DNA of 63,682 nt, counting the filler, from Octopus bimaculoides (Eukaryota), in the NCBI RefSeq assembly GCF_001194135.2. It is 6 parts of 6 records of this genome, joined end to end, with 100 filler letters (N's around TTAATTAATTAA, not from the genome) between each part and the next. Parts side by side here need not be neighbours in the genome. Positions count along the whole stretch, not along the records: positions 21,795 to 31,213 come from NC_068997.1; positions 31,314 to 46,130 come from NC_068995.1; 4 more parts are not named here. One strand, 5' to 3'. Within the stretch, counting starts at the first letter, position 1, and each line of letters begins with the position of its first letter. The notes beneath the pieces are model-generated. The model had not been told where the DNA came from. It did no database searches and saw only the letters and a program-made list of their open reading frames with translations. The position numbers and the translations under genes are program-made. This document shows, in pieces, positions 24,580 to 36,450 of this stretch.

Positions 24580-24962
24580 AAATGCTTAGCGGTATTTCAT
24601 CTGCCGCTACGTTCTGAGTTCAAATTCCGCCGAGGTCGACTTTGCCTTTCATACTTTCGAGGTCGATAAATTAAGTACCAGTTACGCACTGGGGATCGAT
24701 GTAATCGACTTAATCCGTTCGTCTGTTCTTGTTTGTTCCCTCTATGTTTAGCCCCGAGTGGGCAATAACGAAATAGGTATTTCATCTGCCGCTACGTTCT
24801 GAGTTCAAATTCCGCCGAGGTTGACTTTGCCTTTCATCCTTTTCGGGGTCGATTAAATAAGTACCAGTTACGCACTGGGGTCGATGTAGTTGACTTAATC
24901 CCTTTGTCTGTCCTTGTTTGTCCGCTCTATGTTTAGCCCCCTTGTGGGCAATAAAGAAATAA
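24580..24962 (+). mobile_element. Tandem pair of young SINE family B copies (type-2 tail)
   Basis: Two units (24580-24775, 24777-24962), each ending ...gccc..gtgggcaataa(c/a)gaaata. Confidence 0.9.
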
Positions 24963-25304
24963 ATTTAACATTGATAATTTACACACAGCTGGTCATCTAA
25001 AAATACAAATACTGTAACATATCTCGAAATATGTGTGTGTGCCTATGTATAGATGAGAAGTGCAAAACGGTACTTTAGACCAAGGGGCGGGAATTGCTTT
25101 GGATAATTCCAACGGGCACCTCAAATTTAACTATTCCAGTTTCACAAGTTACAGTCTCCAAGCTGTAATAAGCATGTGTGTCTGTGCGCGTGCTAGCATA
25201 TGCGTGTGCGTGCGTGTGTATCCACCATGGTTGTTAGGGAACTAGTCAACTTCTATTTCTGCCCCATCTATTCTATTTCTGCTTTGCCAGTTTATATATG
25301 TAAA

Positions 25305-25386
25305 GTCGACCTGATGATGGCGATTTTTTCCATAACGTAATCTAAGAAAGCATCAATGAAATCCTACCGAAACAGCTGTTGCGAAT
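25305..25386 (+). ncRNA. Degenerate hammerhead-like motif with expanded loop II
   Basis: CTGATGA at 25311 and GAAACAGCTGT at 25369 with palindromic helix III (ACAGCTGT); helices I and II imperfect. Confidence 0.35.
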
Positions 25387-25735
25387 ATTAAACCCCACTT
25401 GTTTATATATATATATGTATATCTCTCTTCTCCCACTCTTCTATCCTTTTACTCTGTCGTTTTCTCTCTTCTTTTCTTTTATTCTTTTTACCTCCTCTTC
25501 TCCCACTATTCTATCCTTCCACTCTTTCGTTTACTCGCTTCCTTTTTTTTTACCTCCCCTTCTCCCCCCTCTCTCTCTTCTCTTTTATCCTGTCTCCAAA
25601 TATTTTCCTCTTCCCTTCACAGTTCTCTGTCTGTCACTCTCTCTCTCCCTTACTCTTCCTCCTTTGCTCACGTGGCCCCCACAGGACCATCGGCTATTCT
25701 CCTAACTTGTGTTTCTTGCTTTCTTCTTGTTTCAG

Positions 25736-25775
25736 CTGGACAGGGAAGACGTATTGTTCCCTATCTCCTGTCCAG
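25736..25775 (+). CDS. Putative 40-nt exon of a plus-strand transcript (LDREDVLFPISCP in the preferred frame)
   Basis: CTAAC branch-point motif at 25702-25706, ~25-nt polypyrimidine tract, CAG acceptor, CAG|GTTTGT donor; all three frames open. Confidence 0.5.
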
Positions 25776-26459
25776 GTTTGTTTCTTCGCGTTCGCCACCA
25801 CAAACTCGTTTAGGCTTAACAGCCCATCCTGTCTGTTTTCACTGTCCTGTTTTTGTCACCAACCTTGACACTCCGCAAGATCGCAAATTTTATTTAATTT
25901 GCTTTGCGGGAGCAACTGTTTTATCGAAGGCGTATCTTGTCGTGAATTGCTCGAAATACAAAAGAAGAAAAAAAACGACAACTGATGACGGGTCGTTCCT
26001 TGTGTTGCTTGTCTTGTTTTCCATTTGTTTCTTTCGTTACTTACAAAAAAAAGCCCTTATTTTATGTCCTGAATTTCTTTTAGTATTGTTCTATATTTAT
26101 GTGTATTTTAATAAATATATTTTAAGATATGAAACGCTTAGTTACGTGTTTAGTTGACTGGTTCCCCTCTTCTGCTTAAGTGAAAGAGCAACCAAAGGCT
26201 CTGCTGAGAGAAGTGAAGCGAAAAAGAACTTATAAAGAGTGGCACAATCTATGGAACAAAATGCATGATTTCAGATTTCATTATTTTTCCATATGTTGTC
26301 GTATAAACACTATATACACAGGACCAATATGCCAAGTTAATGAACGTTTTTCTCTCGTTTGCTTAACTATTTTGGAAATATTTCTTTGTATGTCTCCCTG
26401 TATCTGTTCGTGATGCTGACATACGTAGATATATGAGAGAGAAATAGAGGTAGTTAGAC

Positions 26460-26460
26460 T

Positions 26461-26548
<88 letters not shown>
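26460..26548. repeat. (GATA)n microsatellite
   Basis: Directly visible. Confidence 0.95.
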
Positions 26549-26549
<1 letters not shown>

Positions 26550-27512
26550 ACCGAACACTTGCATATTTATGTTTATATAGCATGCAGATGAAAACAACAG
26601 AAACTTAAAGAATACATTTTTAGGTCGGGGTGTATCTTACATATGTATATATGTGTGTGTTTATGAATGAAATAAGGCCATGAATATGTACATAAGCATA
26701 CTTCAATTTGCATATATGCACGCCAGTCTGTAGACATGGTGGTGTGGGGAGATATGTGTTTGCGTAGAGTCTGTATGTTTCATGTGTATGAAGTGAGTGC
26801 TCTTCTGTCATGGGGACACAATAAAGATTCTCTCCTCCTTTTACATTTATGTACTGGTAAATTTACATTATGTTTATATCATTGCTGTTTGTTTGCTCTT
26901 TCTTGATTGTTATCAAAATGCCTGAAGATTCCAAACAAAGGCATATAGAGAGACAGACAGAGACAGGCGGGCGCAAGCACCACACAATCTCATTCATTTA
27001 TATACATATATAATATTCATATGTATATGCTTGTCTATATATACATACTTACATACATCCATCCATATANNNNNNNNNNNNNNNNNNNNNNNNNNNNNNN
27101 NNNNNNNNNNNNNNNNNNNNNNNNNNNNNNNNNNNNNNNNNNNNNNNNNNNNNNNNNNNNNNNNNNNNNNNNNNNNNNNNNNNNNNNNNNNNNNNNNNNN
27201 NNNNNNNNNNNNNNNNNNNNNNNNNNNNNNNNNNNNNNNNNNNNNNNNNNNNNNNNNNNNNNNNNNNNNNNNNTGTATATATATACATATATATACATAT
27301 ATATATACATATGTGTGTATATATATATATATATATATGCTTGTATGCATGTATGTATGTACATATATATGCATGTATATAGACCTGCACACACGTATTT
27401 TTGCACCACGTGTACACATATATAGTTATAATACTTATACACAAATATCTATATATATAAATATATTTGTATATATATACATATATGTGTATATATATAC
27501 ATACGTGTTTGC

Positions 27513-27607
<95 letters not shown>

Positions 27608-27689
27608 TATATACACACATATATTCATATCAACAAATCTGCATGTGCACATACATATTCGTATGTACGTATGTGCGTGTACGCATATG

Positions 27690-27742
<53 letters not shown>

Positions 27743-27827
27743 CGGGTTTCTGCAGTCACCGTTTACCAAATTCCAATCTGTTGTTGGAGTCTTCGTGAAC
27801 TCAAGAGTAAGAAAATGACAAAGCGTG

Positions 27828-27895
27828 GCTGCTGCAAGGAGGAATCGAACTAGGGACCACGTGGTTGTAAATCGCACGCTTTAAACCGTGCGACA
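27828..27895 (-). mobile_element. Isolated tRNA-like SINE head fragment
   Basis: Reverse complement ...caaccacgtggtccctagttcgattcctcc B-box. Confidence 0.5.
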
Positions 27896-29114
27896 ACAAA
27901 TCTCTGTGTGTGTCCTGACATACATGAATCATAAATAGTTAAATATTTGATTTTTGATTACACATACGCACGCACTTACACACATACATACATACACAGA
28001 ACCACATGCAAATACACCTATACACACAGTTATTTTTTTTACGCAGCTCATGAATATGCAAATTTATATTGTGTGTGAATGTGTATTATATATATGTATA
28101 TATGTACAAACTTTTTTTTTTTGCATATTCATGAGTTGGGCCCTAGATGTGAAACAGATGGCATTAGAGAAGGCAAGAGCTGTAGTTACATACATATCTC
28201 TCAAACAAAAACAAAACCAAAGAAAAAAAGACGAAAGAAGAACAAAAGAATGAATGAACCAAACAAACAGATAACAAAAAAAATAAAATAAAACAATTAG
28301 AAATGTGAGAATGAGAGAATGGAACGCCAAACTCCACATAGCCTAAATATATATATATATATATATATANNNNNNNNNNNNNNNNNNNNNNNNNNNNNNN
28401 NNNNNNNNNNNNNNNNNNNNNNNNNNNNNNNNNNNNNNNNNNNNNNNNNNNNNNNNNNNNNNNNNNNNNNNNNNNNNNNNNNNNNNNNNNNNNNNNNNNN
28501 NNNNNNNNNNNNNNNNNNNNNNNNNNNNNNNNNNNNNNNNNNNNNNNNNNNNNNNNNNNNNNNNNNNNNNNNNNNNNNNNNNNNNNNNNNNNNNNNNNNN
28601 NNNNNNNNNNNNNNNNNNNNNNNNNNNNNNNNNNNNNNNNNNNNNNNNNNNNNNNNNNNNNNNNNNNNNNNNNNNNNNNNNNNNNNNNNNNNNNNNNNNN
28701 NNNNNNNNNNNNNNNNNNNNNNNNNNNNNNNNNNNNNNNNNNNNNNNNNNNNNNNNNNNNNNNNNNNNNNNNNNNNNNNNNNNNNNNNNNNNNNNNNNNN
28801 NNNNNNNNNNNNNNNNNNNNNNNNNNNNNNNNNNNNNNNNNNNNNNNNNNNNNNNNNNNNNNNNNNNNNNNNNNNNNNNNNNNNNNNNNNNNNNNNNNNN
28901 NNNNNNNNNNNNNNNNNNNNNNNNNNNNNNNNNNNNNNNNNNNNNNNNNNNNNNNNNNNNNNNNNNNNNNNNNNNNNNNNNNNNNNNNNNNNNNNNNNNN
29001 NNNNNNNNNNNNNNNNNNNNNNNNNNNNNNNNNNNNNNNNNNNNNNNNNNNNNNNNNNNNNNNNNNNNNNNNNNNNNNNNNNNNNNNNNNNNNNNNNNNN
29101 NNNNNNNNNNNNNN

Positions 29115-29163
<49 letters not shown>

Positions 29164-29435
29164 TACATACATATATAGCTACACATATACATATATACAT
29201 ATATATAGATAGATACACATATATATGTAGACATATATATATAGAATTTTTTTTTCTAGATATTTTTATGTATTTTATGATATATCTTCTGTATTTTCTC
29301 CACAAAATCTCACTGTACTACCACTGCAGCTCCGACAACTACTACTGCTGCTGCTGCTACTTCCACCATCGATACCATCACCATTCATCTCCCCCACACT
29401 TTCTCATGTGTACACCCAATGACACACATGTGCAT

Positions 29436-29471
<36 letters not shown>

Positions 29472-29695
29472 ACACAAACACACACACACACACTCATATC
29501 GCTAACCCATCATCTATTCGAGTTATTTCCATTGTTTGATAACACAACACACACAACTATCTATACATTACTTTATATATATGGCTATCCGTATTAGATA
29601 TACTTTACATATACATATACATACATATATATAAAAATGCATACCCATATACATATATATATATATTTATACACATACAAATATACACACACATG

Positions 29696-29743
<48 letters not shown>

Positions 29744-30244
29744 NNNNNNNNNNNNNNNNNNNNNNNNNNNNNNNNNNNNNNNNNNNNNNNNNNNNNNNNN
29801 NNNNNNNNNNNNNNNNNNNNNNNNNNNNNNNNNNNNNNNNNNNNNNNNNNNNNNNNNNNNNNNNNNNNNNNNNNNNNNNNNNNNNNNNNNNNNNNNNNNN
29901 NNNNNNNNNNNNNNNNNNNNNNNNNNNNNNNNNNNNNNNNNNNNNNNNNNNNNNNNNNNNNNNNNNNNNNNNNNNNNNNNNNNNNNNNNNNNNNNNNNNN
30001 NNNNNNNNNNNNNNNNNNNNNNNNNNNNNNNNNNNNNNNNNNNNNNNNNNNNNNNNNNNNNNNNNNNNNNNNNNNNNNNNNNNNNNNNNNNNNNNNNNNN
30101 NNNNNNNNNNNNNNNNNNNNNNNNNNNNNNNNNNNNNNNNNNNNNNNNNNNNNNNNNNNNNNNNNNNNNNNNNNNNNNNNNNNNNNNNNNNNNNNNNNNN
30201 NNNNNNNNNNNNNNNNNNNNNTATATATATATATATACGTATAT

Positions 30245-30440
30245 ATCTTCGAAACGCCTAGTTTAAAATAGAGGCAGCTGATGAAGGAATAATTCCATAA
30301 GTGGCTTGTTTGTTTTCCTATGTGTTCGTTCTGTTATCTGTAAACAAAGTCCGTTTTGTTTTTATGTCCCCGTTCATTTTTCTAACGTCCTGTACCCAGA
30401 TATGCATCTATATAAACATGTAGATGTAGGTATGTACATA
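30245..30440. repeat. Unclassified dispersed repeat (opposite-orientation relative of 8225-8325)
   Basis: cctgtacccagatatgcatctatataaacatgtagatgtag is the reverse complement of ctacatctacatgtatatataaatggatatctggatacagg at 8228. Confidence 0.6.
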
Positions 30441-30526
30441 TATGTATGTATACGTGCATATGCTCATATATCATTTGTATTATTATATCATCGAACGCAC
30501 GCGTCCATTTGTAAGTAAGTTTCAAC

Positions 30527-30593
<67 letters not shown>

Positions 30594-30957
30594 GCGTACA
30601 AAAAAACTTACAAACATGCATATATAAATATATGTCCTTATGACAATAATGTCTAACATGTATGAGCGTGTGCCGTGACGCTGTATTCGTGTGAGAAACT
30701 TCATACAGAACAAACATGTACAATCAGCACAACTGTATATAAATTCCCATAATGTTTAGATACATCAAAACACATACACACGCGCGCGCCCGCGTACACA
30801 CAAGCATACACAAATAGTCGCGTACAAAAATATATAAGCAGTCAACAAGTGTAAAAATATCTGGGACTATTTTGAAGCGCGCATTGTTAAATAATATAAC
30901 GTCGTGCTTTTTCATTAGTGTAGGCATCATGGAGTAATAAGTAGGTCAATATATTAC

Positions 30958-31176
30958 TCTACTTTTTACTTGCTTCAGTCATTTGACTGTGGCCATGCTG
31001 GAGCACTGCCTTTAGTCGAGCAAATCGACCCCAACACTTATTCTTTGTAAGCCTAGTACTTATTCTATCGGTCTCTTTTTGCCGAACCGCTAAGTTACGG
31101 GAACGTAAACATACCCGCATCGGTTGTCAAACGATGTTGGGGGGACAAACACAGACACACAAACATATACACACAC

Positions 31177-31200
<24 letters not shown>
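30958..31200 (-). mobile_element. SINE family A, 3' half, low divergence
   Basis: ttacttgcttcagtcatttgactgtggccatgctggagcactgcc...gccgaaccgctaagttacggg. Confidence 0.9.
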
Positions 31201-31213
<13 letters not shown>

Positions 31214-31313
31214 NNNNNNNNNNNNNNNNNNNNNNNNNNNNNNNNNNNNNNNNNNNNTTAATTAATTAANNNNNNNNNNNNNNNNNNNNNNNNNNNNNNN
31301 NNNNNNNNNNNNN
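31214..31313. other. Artificial assembly spacer 44N-TTAATTAATTAA-44N
   Basis: Exactly 100 bp. Confidence 0.95.
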
Positions 31314-31429
31314 TATATATATATATATATAACTGTAGGTATAGATATAGATATATATATGTATAGATATAGATATAGATATACGCATTTGTGAGTCCGT
31401 GTCTGTGTCTGTGTCTGTGTCTGTGTGTG

Positions 31430-31685
31430 TATCATTCTGGTTGAATAACTGAAATACATAAAATAAAAACGTCTTTCTTATATATCTGATTATCTGCCCT
31501 TCTTTTTATGCGAGTTCAGCTGGAGGCAGATGTTTCGCTGCCTCATTCAGCTCGGTTCTATACGTGGTACAAGCGACTCCATTGCTGTCTGCAAAACTTC
31601 TGTGGAACACATTGTTTGTGCTGAACTTGGTTGAATAGGGCAATGCAATTAACGTTGTTCTTCCGATAATTTAGCCATCATAGAA
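31430..31685 (-). mobile_element. Possible mariner deletion derivative
   Basis: MAKLSEEQR start followed directly by decayed C-terminal/3'-end-like sequence. Confidence 0.35.
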
Positions 31686-31771
31686 ATAATAAATATGGAA
31701 AATAAAGATAGGGTAAAGAAAGCTAATATATATCTCTGTGTGTATGTATATATATATATATATACATACAC

Positions 31772-31844
<73 letters not shown>

Positions 31845-32404
31845 TGCGTGTCTGTGTGTGTGTGCNNNNNNNNNNNNNNNNNNNNNNNNNNNNNNNNNNN
31901 NNNNNNNNNNNNNNNNNNNNNNNNNNNNNNNNNNNNNNNNNNNNNNNNNNNNNNNNNNNNNNNNNNNNNNNNNNNNNNNNNNNNNNNNNNNNNNNNNNNN
32001 NNNNNNNNNNNNNNNNNNNNNNNNNNNNNNNNNNNNNNNNNNNNNNNNNNNNNNNNNNNNNNNNNNNNNNNNNNNNNNNNNNNNNNNNNNNNNNNNNNNN
32101 NNNNNNNNNNNNNNNNNNNNNNNNNNNNNNNNNNNNNNNNNNNNNNNNNNNNNNNNNNNNNNNNNNNNNNNNNNNNNNNNNNNNNNNNNNNNNNNNNNNN
32201 NNNNNNNNNNNNNNNNNNNNNNNNNNNNNNNNNNNNNNNNNGTGGGTGCTTGTGTATGAGTATGCTATATATTAATATGTAAATATATAAAAGTGTTATA
32301 TATATATACATTCATATTCTGTTGTATCTTAGGCGAGTCATTATGGCAATACAAAAACGAAATACGCATAGGTATGTCTGTATGTATGTATGTATGGCAG
32401 TCTA

Positions 32405-32449
<45 letters not shown>

Positions 32450-32766
32450 TGCGTGTCTGTGTGTGTGTGCATGCATGCATACGTGCGTGTGTTTGTGTGC
32501 GTGCCTGCGTGCATATTCCAACACCTAGTATTTTTCTTTTACTAAATCTCAGAAGAGATTGTAAACCTTGCAATTAGAAATGGAAGAACCGAACACAAAT
32601 AACAGAACCAGACGGATCCAATCAGCTATCTTTTGTATAGAACTTTCTCTCTTTTTTGTTTCCCTATCTTACCCCCGAAGTGGCGCCTTTTGCTAAGATT
32701 TCATGATAAAGTTCTTATGATGTACAGTCTGAAATAATATCTCTTGATGTATTATTATTATTATTA

Positions 32767-32915
32767 GGGCAGCGAGCTGGTAGAATAGTTAGGACACCGG
32801 ACAAAATGCTTAGCAGCATTTCGTCCGTTTTTACGTTCTGCGTTCAAATTCCGTCAAAGTCGAGTTTGAGCTTCATCCTTTTGGGATTAATGAAATAATT
32901 ACCAGTTGCGCACTG
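32767..32915 (+). mobile_element. SINE family B, 3'-truncated
   Basis: gggcagcgagctggtagaatagttagg head, gcgttcaaattcc B-box. Confidence 0.8.
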
Positions 32916-33204
32916 AAAGAGAGAAAGAGGGAGATGGAGAGAACGAACAGACAGACAATGACAATGATAGAAGCAGTGAGAGAAAGAGGAATGGGGGGAG
33001 AGAGCGGGAGAGAGAAGGTGGAGAGGAACAAAGAGAAAGGGAGAGGGAGAGAGAGAGAGAGAGAGAATCAACCTTAGTACTGGATGTGGAACCGAAATGA
33101 ATATCGCAAGACGTTCTGTCAGACAATTACATCATAGAGGATATGTTTAACCATTCAAAAACACACAAAAACTTTCAGCTTTACTTAAATGTTTATTTGT
33201 CACC

Positions 33205-33405
33205 AAAGAAAAGCGCAGTCGACGAAAGGAAAAACCAACAGCGCTGGTAGAGAACTACTTCAAATACAGTTGCTGTATGCGTGACTGCCAGTCCCATGTG
33301 GGCCTCTACTGTCACAGCACACGCTCGCTGCACCATCAGCAGCAGACAGAATTTCTTCAGGCGCAGATCCATGGTCGCTCGAGATCGATGGATGCCTACT
33401 AAGCG
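33205..33405 (+). mobile_element. RTE-clade LINE 3' end
   Basis: KRSRRKEK...CCMRDCQSHVGLYCHS resembles the RTE/BovB C-terminal C.RDC.S.IGL.SH motif; short 3' end atccatggtcgctcgagatcgatggatgcctacta. Confidence 0.55.
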
Positions 33406-33769
33406 TCAAAATTTTCGTTGCAAGAAACAATATATGTTTAAATGAACTTAACAGTTTTTTGAATGGTTAATATATATTTTCTACGCTGTTTTATTTTCAA
33501 CACAATCTCAGACCAAGTCACTTGCCAGTCAATACATCTCCGAAGTTCTATGAGATGCTCAAACGATTCTGCTAGTTTATCGTCTAACACAGCCAATTCA
33601 CATATTAAGAAAATATTACCGAACCCTACTCACCTTAAACTAGAACAATAAGAAACTAGAAACCCTCATCATAACTTCAAACGCCAGGAGTCATCATCCT
33701 CGACGATGCCTCGTAGCGAACGCACATCAGTATAACAAAGGCTTAAGGCAGCGAGTTGGCAGAATCGTT

Positions 33770-33957
33770 TGCTTAGCGGTATTTCGTCTGCCGCTACGTT
33801 CTGAGTTCAAGTTCCGCCGAGGTCGACTTAGCCTTTCATCCTTTCTGGGTCGATTAAATAAGTACCAGTTACGCACTGGGGTCGATGTAATCGACTTAAT
33901 CTGTCTGTCCTTGTTTGTCCCCTCTATGTTTAGCCCCTTGTGGGCAATAAAGAAATA
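33770..33957 (+). mobile_element. 5'-truncated young SINE family B (type-2 tail) with 9-bp TSD
   Basis: AGAATCGTT at 33761-33769 and 33958-33966. Confidence 0.7.
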
Positions 33958-34009
33958 AGAATCGTTAGCACGCCGGGCAAAATGCTTAACAGTATTTCAT
34001 TCGATTTTA

Positions 34010-34900
34010 CGAGGTGGTATCAAAAAGTTCCCGGACTAACTCTGTAGCGCGGGAACAGATGGCACCACATGGTTGTGTGCGAACCAAGAGTTAGCTGTGA
34101 CCTTCACGAGGCAGTGCGTCGAGTGACATCGCTGTGTTTACTTCGCAAGTTGTGAAATTTGTGTTTTTGTGATCAGGTGTATACTGTAGTCTGCGATTTT
34201 GTCATAGACAGGAAGTAAAAGCCAACGTGAAATTTTGCGGTATACTCGAGAAGTCTGTTACAGAGACATTGAGTATGCTTGAGCAAGCTTACGGTGACGA
34301 GGCAACGGGTCGTACGCAATGTTTCGAGTGGCACGGGCGTACGACAGAGCCGCAGCTCAATCAAGAGCTTGCTCATCGTTTTTTCGACATCCGTGGTATT
34401 GTGCATCGAGAATTCCGCCCCACCGGACCAGACCATCAATTGCGAGTTCTACTGTGACGTTTTGAGGAGTTTGAGGAGTGACATTCAGCGAAAGCGACCT
34501 GGTCCGTGGAGGGCCAAGAACTGGATTCTTCACGGCGACAATGAACCCAGTTACTGAGCTCTCCTCACTCGTGAGTTTCTCGCCAAAAAACAACATGGTA
34601 TCGCTTTAGCACCTGCCCTATTCGCCAGATTTAGCACCTGTGGACTTGCGTCTCTTCTCCCAGATGAAAATGCTGCTCAAAGGTCTACATTTTAACATCG
34701 TTGTCGAGATCAAGAGCGAATCGCAGAAGGTCCTCGCCTCGCTAACGGAAAACACCTTCCAGTCCGGATTCCAAACGCTGAGACCAGTGTAGTGCTGCGC
34801 AAGGTGACTATTTCGAAGGAGACTATGTTAAAACTTAGGTAAATAAGTTATTTTTTTATTACACATAACTATAGTCGGGGAACTTTTTCATACCACCTCG
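34010..34900 (+). mobile_element. Internally deleted mariner with both TIRs and TA TSD
   Basis: 29-bp TIRs 27/29 identical (cgaggtggtat.aaaaagttccc.gacta); TA at 34008-9 and 34901-2; remnants FFDIRGIVHREF, WILHGDN, PYSPDLAP. Confidence 0.95.
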
Positions 34901-35110
34901 TACGTTCTGAGTTTAAATTCCGTTGAGGTCGGTTGCCTCTCGTCCTTTCGGGATCGATAAAATAAATACCAGTTGAGTAATAGACTTATCCTCTTCCTCG
35001 AAGTTGCTGGCTTTGTACCAAAATTTGAAACCAATATAACAAAGGCTGCCTCAGAAAGACATAAATCCCACAATTCCTTCTTATTTTCAACCAGTTGATA
35101 TTTCTTTCAG

Positions 35111-35179
35111 GTCATGTAGTTGCTCAGGAATCATGAAGTGATGGAGGGAGGTCTGCATCATCATCTGGTTCTTAATCTT
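35111..35179 (+). other. Possible non-coding/5'-UTR exon
   Basis: tatttctttcag acceptor and GTAAGT donor; stops in all three through-frames; late ATG gives MEGGLHHHLVLNL. Confidence 0.3.
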
Positions 35180-35843
35180 GTAAGTTCATGTACTATGCAC
35201 CAACGTTTTTTCAGGACAGATGAGTTTCCATAGATTTCTGTGTGCCATGTACAAGACTCTATGGAAGCTCATCTGTTATTTTCATACTCTGAATATCTTG
35301 AAATTGCTTCACGAAATTTTTATTATGAAATTGCTTAGAGTAAAATTACTCAGAGTAAATGAGCGGCTTATTTAGGGTGCTTATTTACTCTTAGCAGTTT
35401 TAAAGAACCTATTGCTATTATCTGGCAGATATTTTGATGTGAAAATATCGTCAAAATGTCGTTTCAGTAGCCTTGGATACAATACGCTGTTGGTTTGCTA
35501 TTTGCAAATTCTTGAAAACAACCGAGCGGATTTTTTTGGTTTGTTTTTGCTTGTTTTTATTTTAGTTATTTTTATTTATTTATTCATTTATCAATTTATT
35601 TTGCAAATTAATTCGGCCAATAAAGCAATTTGTTCCTGGAACCTTTAATTTTTTGACAGCTTTTCACAAAATCAGTATTTTCTCCTTGGCGTATTAGATT
35701 TAATTCGATTAACTTGTTGATCGATTTGAACATTTCACTTAAATAATGTTCCAAAACAACTTTGCTTCTTTTATTCCGCCATTTATCAATTGGTCAACAA
35801 TTAATTTTGCTTTTGTTGTGTGTGTGTGTATGTATGTGTGTGT

Positions 35844-35883
<40 letters not shown>

Positions 35884-36329
35884 ACGCGCGCGTGTGTTTG
35901 GTCCATTTATTGATGACGAGAGCTGTAAAAAAAAAAAAGCTGATTAGTGTCTCCTACAGCGTAATTACTCAATCAAAGCTATTGCTCCGTTGCTTCCGTG
36001 TGTAGCAACAAATTCTTAAATTCCTCATCAGAACAAAATTACTTTAAAATTTCAGTCATTAAAATCATTAGCTTTGATAAAATTAATTACTGATACTGCA
36101 ACAGCAAAGCTGTTCAGCGTGTTACCCCCAGAAGTGTTTTGACTCCAGATGCTGCCCATAAAGATTACAGTGTACGCGTAAAATACGTTTACAATTCCTT
36201 TCAATTTTGTTATAAATCCTTTTACATTGCAACTCATTGCACCAAACGATCTAGACTAATTTTAATCAAATTCTTCGACGGAATGTACCTATCCTCAAAG
36301 TAATGTGTTACGTCATTGAAAATGAACGA

Positions 36330-36450
36330 TCCAATAGTGCTGGTGTGTTTATGTCCCCATAAATTAGCGGTGCTGAAAAAAAGACCGATAGAATAAGTAC
36401 CAGCCTTTAAGAAAATGATAGGTACTAGGGTCGATTCAAATGACTGAAAC
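36330..36450 (+). mobile_element. SINE family A tail fragment
   Basis: gtgtttatgtcccc...gaccgatagaataagtacc...aaatgactgaaac. Confidence 0.7.

Larger units (their letters stand above)
33747..35035 (+). mobile_element. Host SINE family B (type-1 tail) split by two nested insertions
   Basis: Head 33747-33769, resumes 33958-34009, resumes 34901-35035. Confidence 0.75.

Noticed and set aside
25399-26157. 252-aa Ser/Leu/Phe-rich ORF
   Set aside because: Product of a CT-rich low-complexity tract; only the internal 40-nt exon is supported.
26178-26413. Basic ORF KEQPKALLREVKRKRTYKEW..., phase-compatible with the 25736 exon
   Set aside because: AAG acceptor and no clear donor; cannot be distinguished from chance.
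30247-30296. GAAAC...CTGATGA permuted hammerhead-like arrangement
   Set aside because: Helices I and III cannot be formed convincingly.
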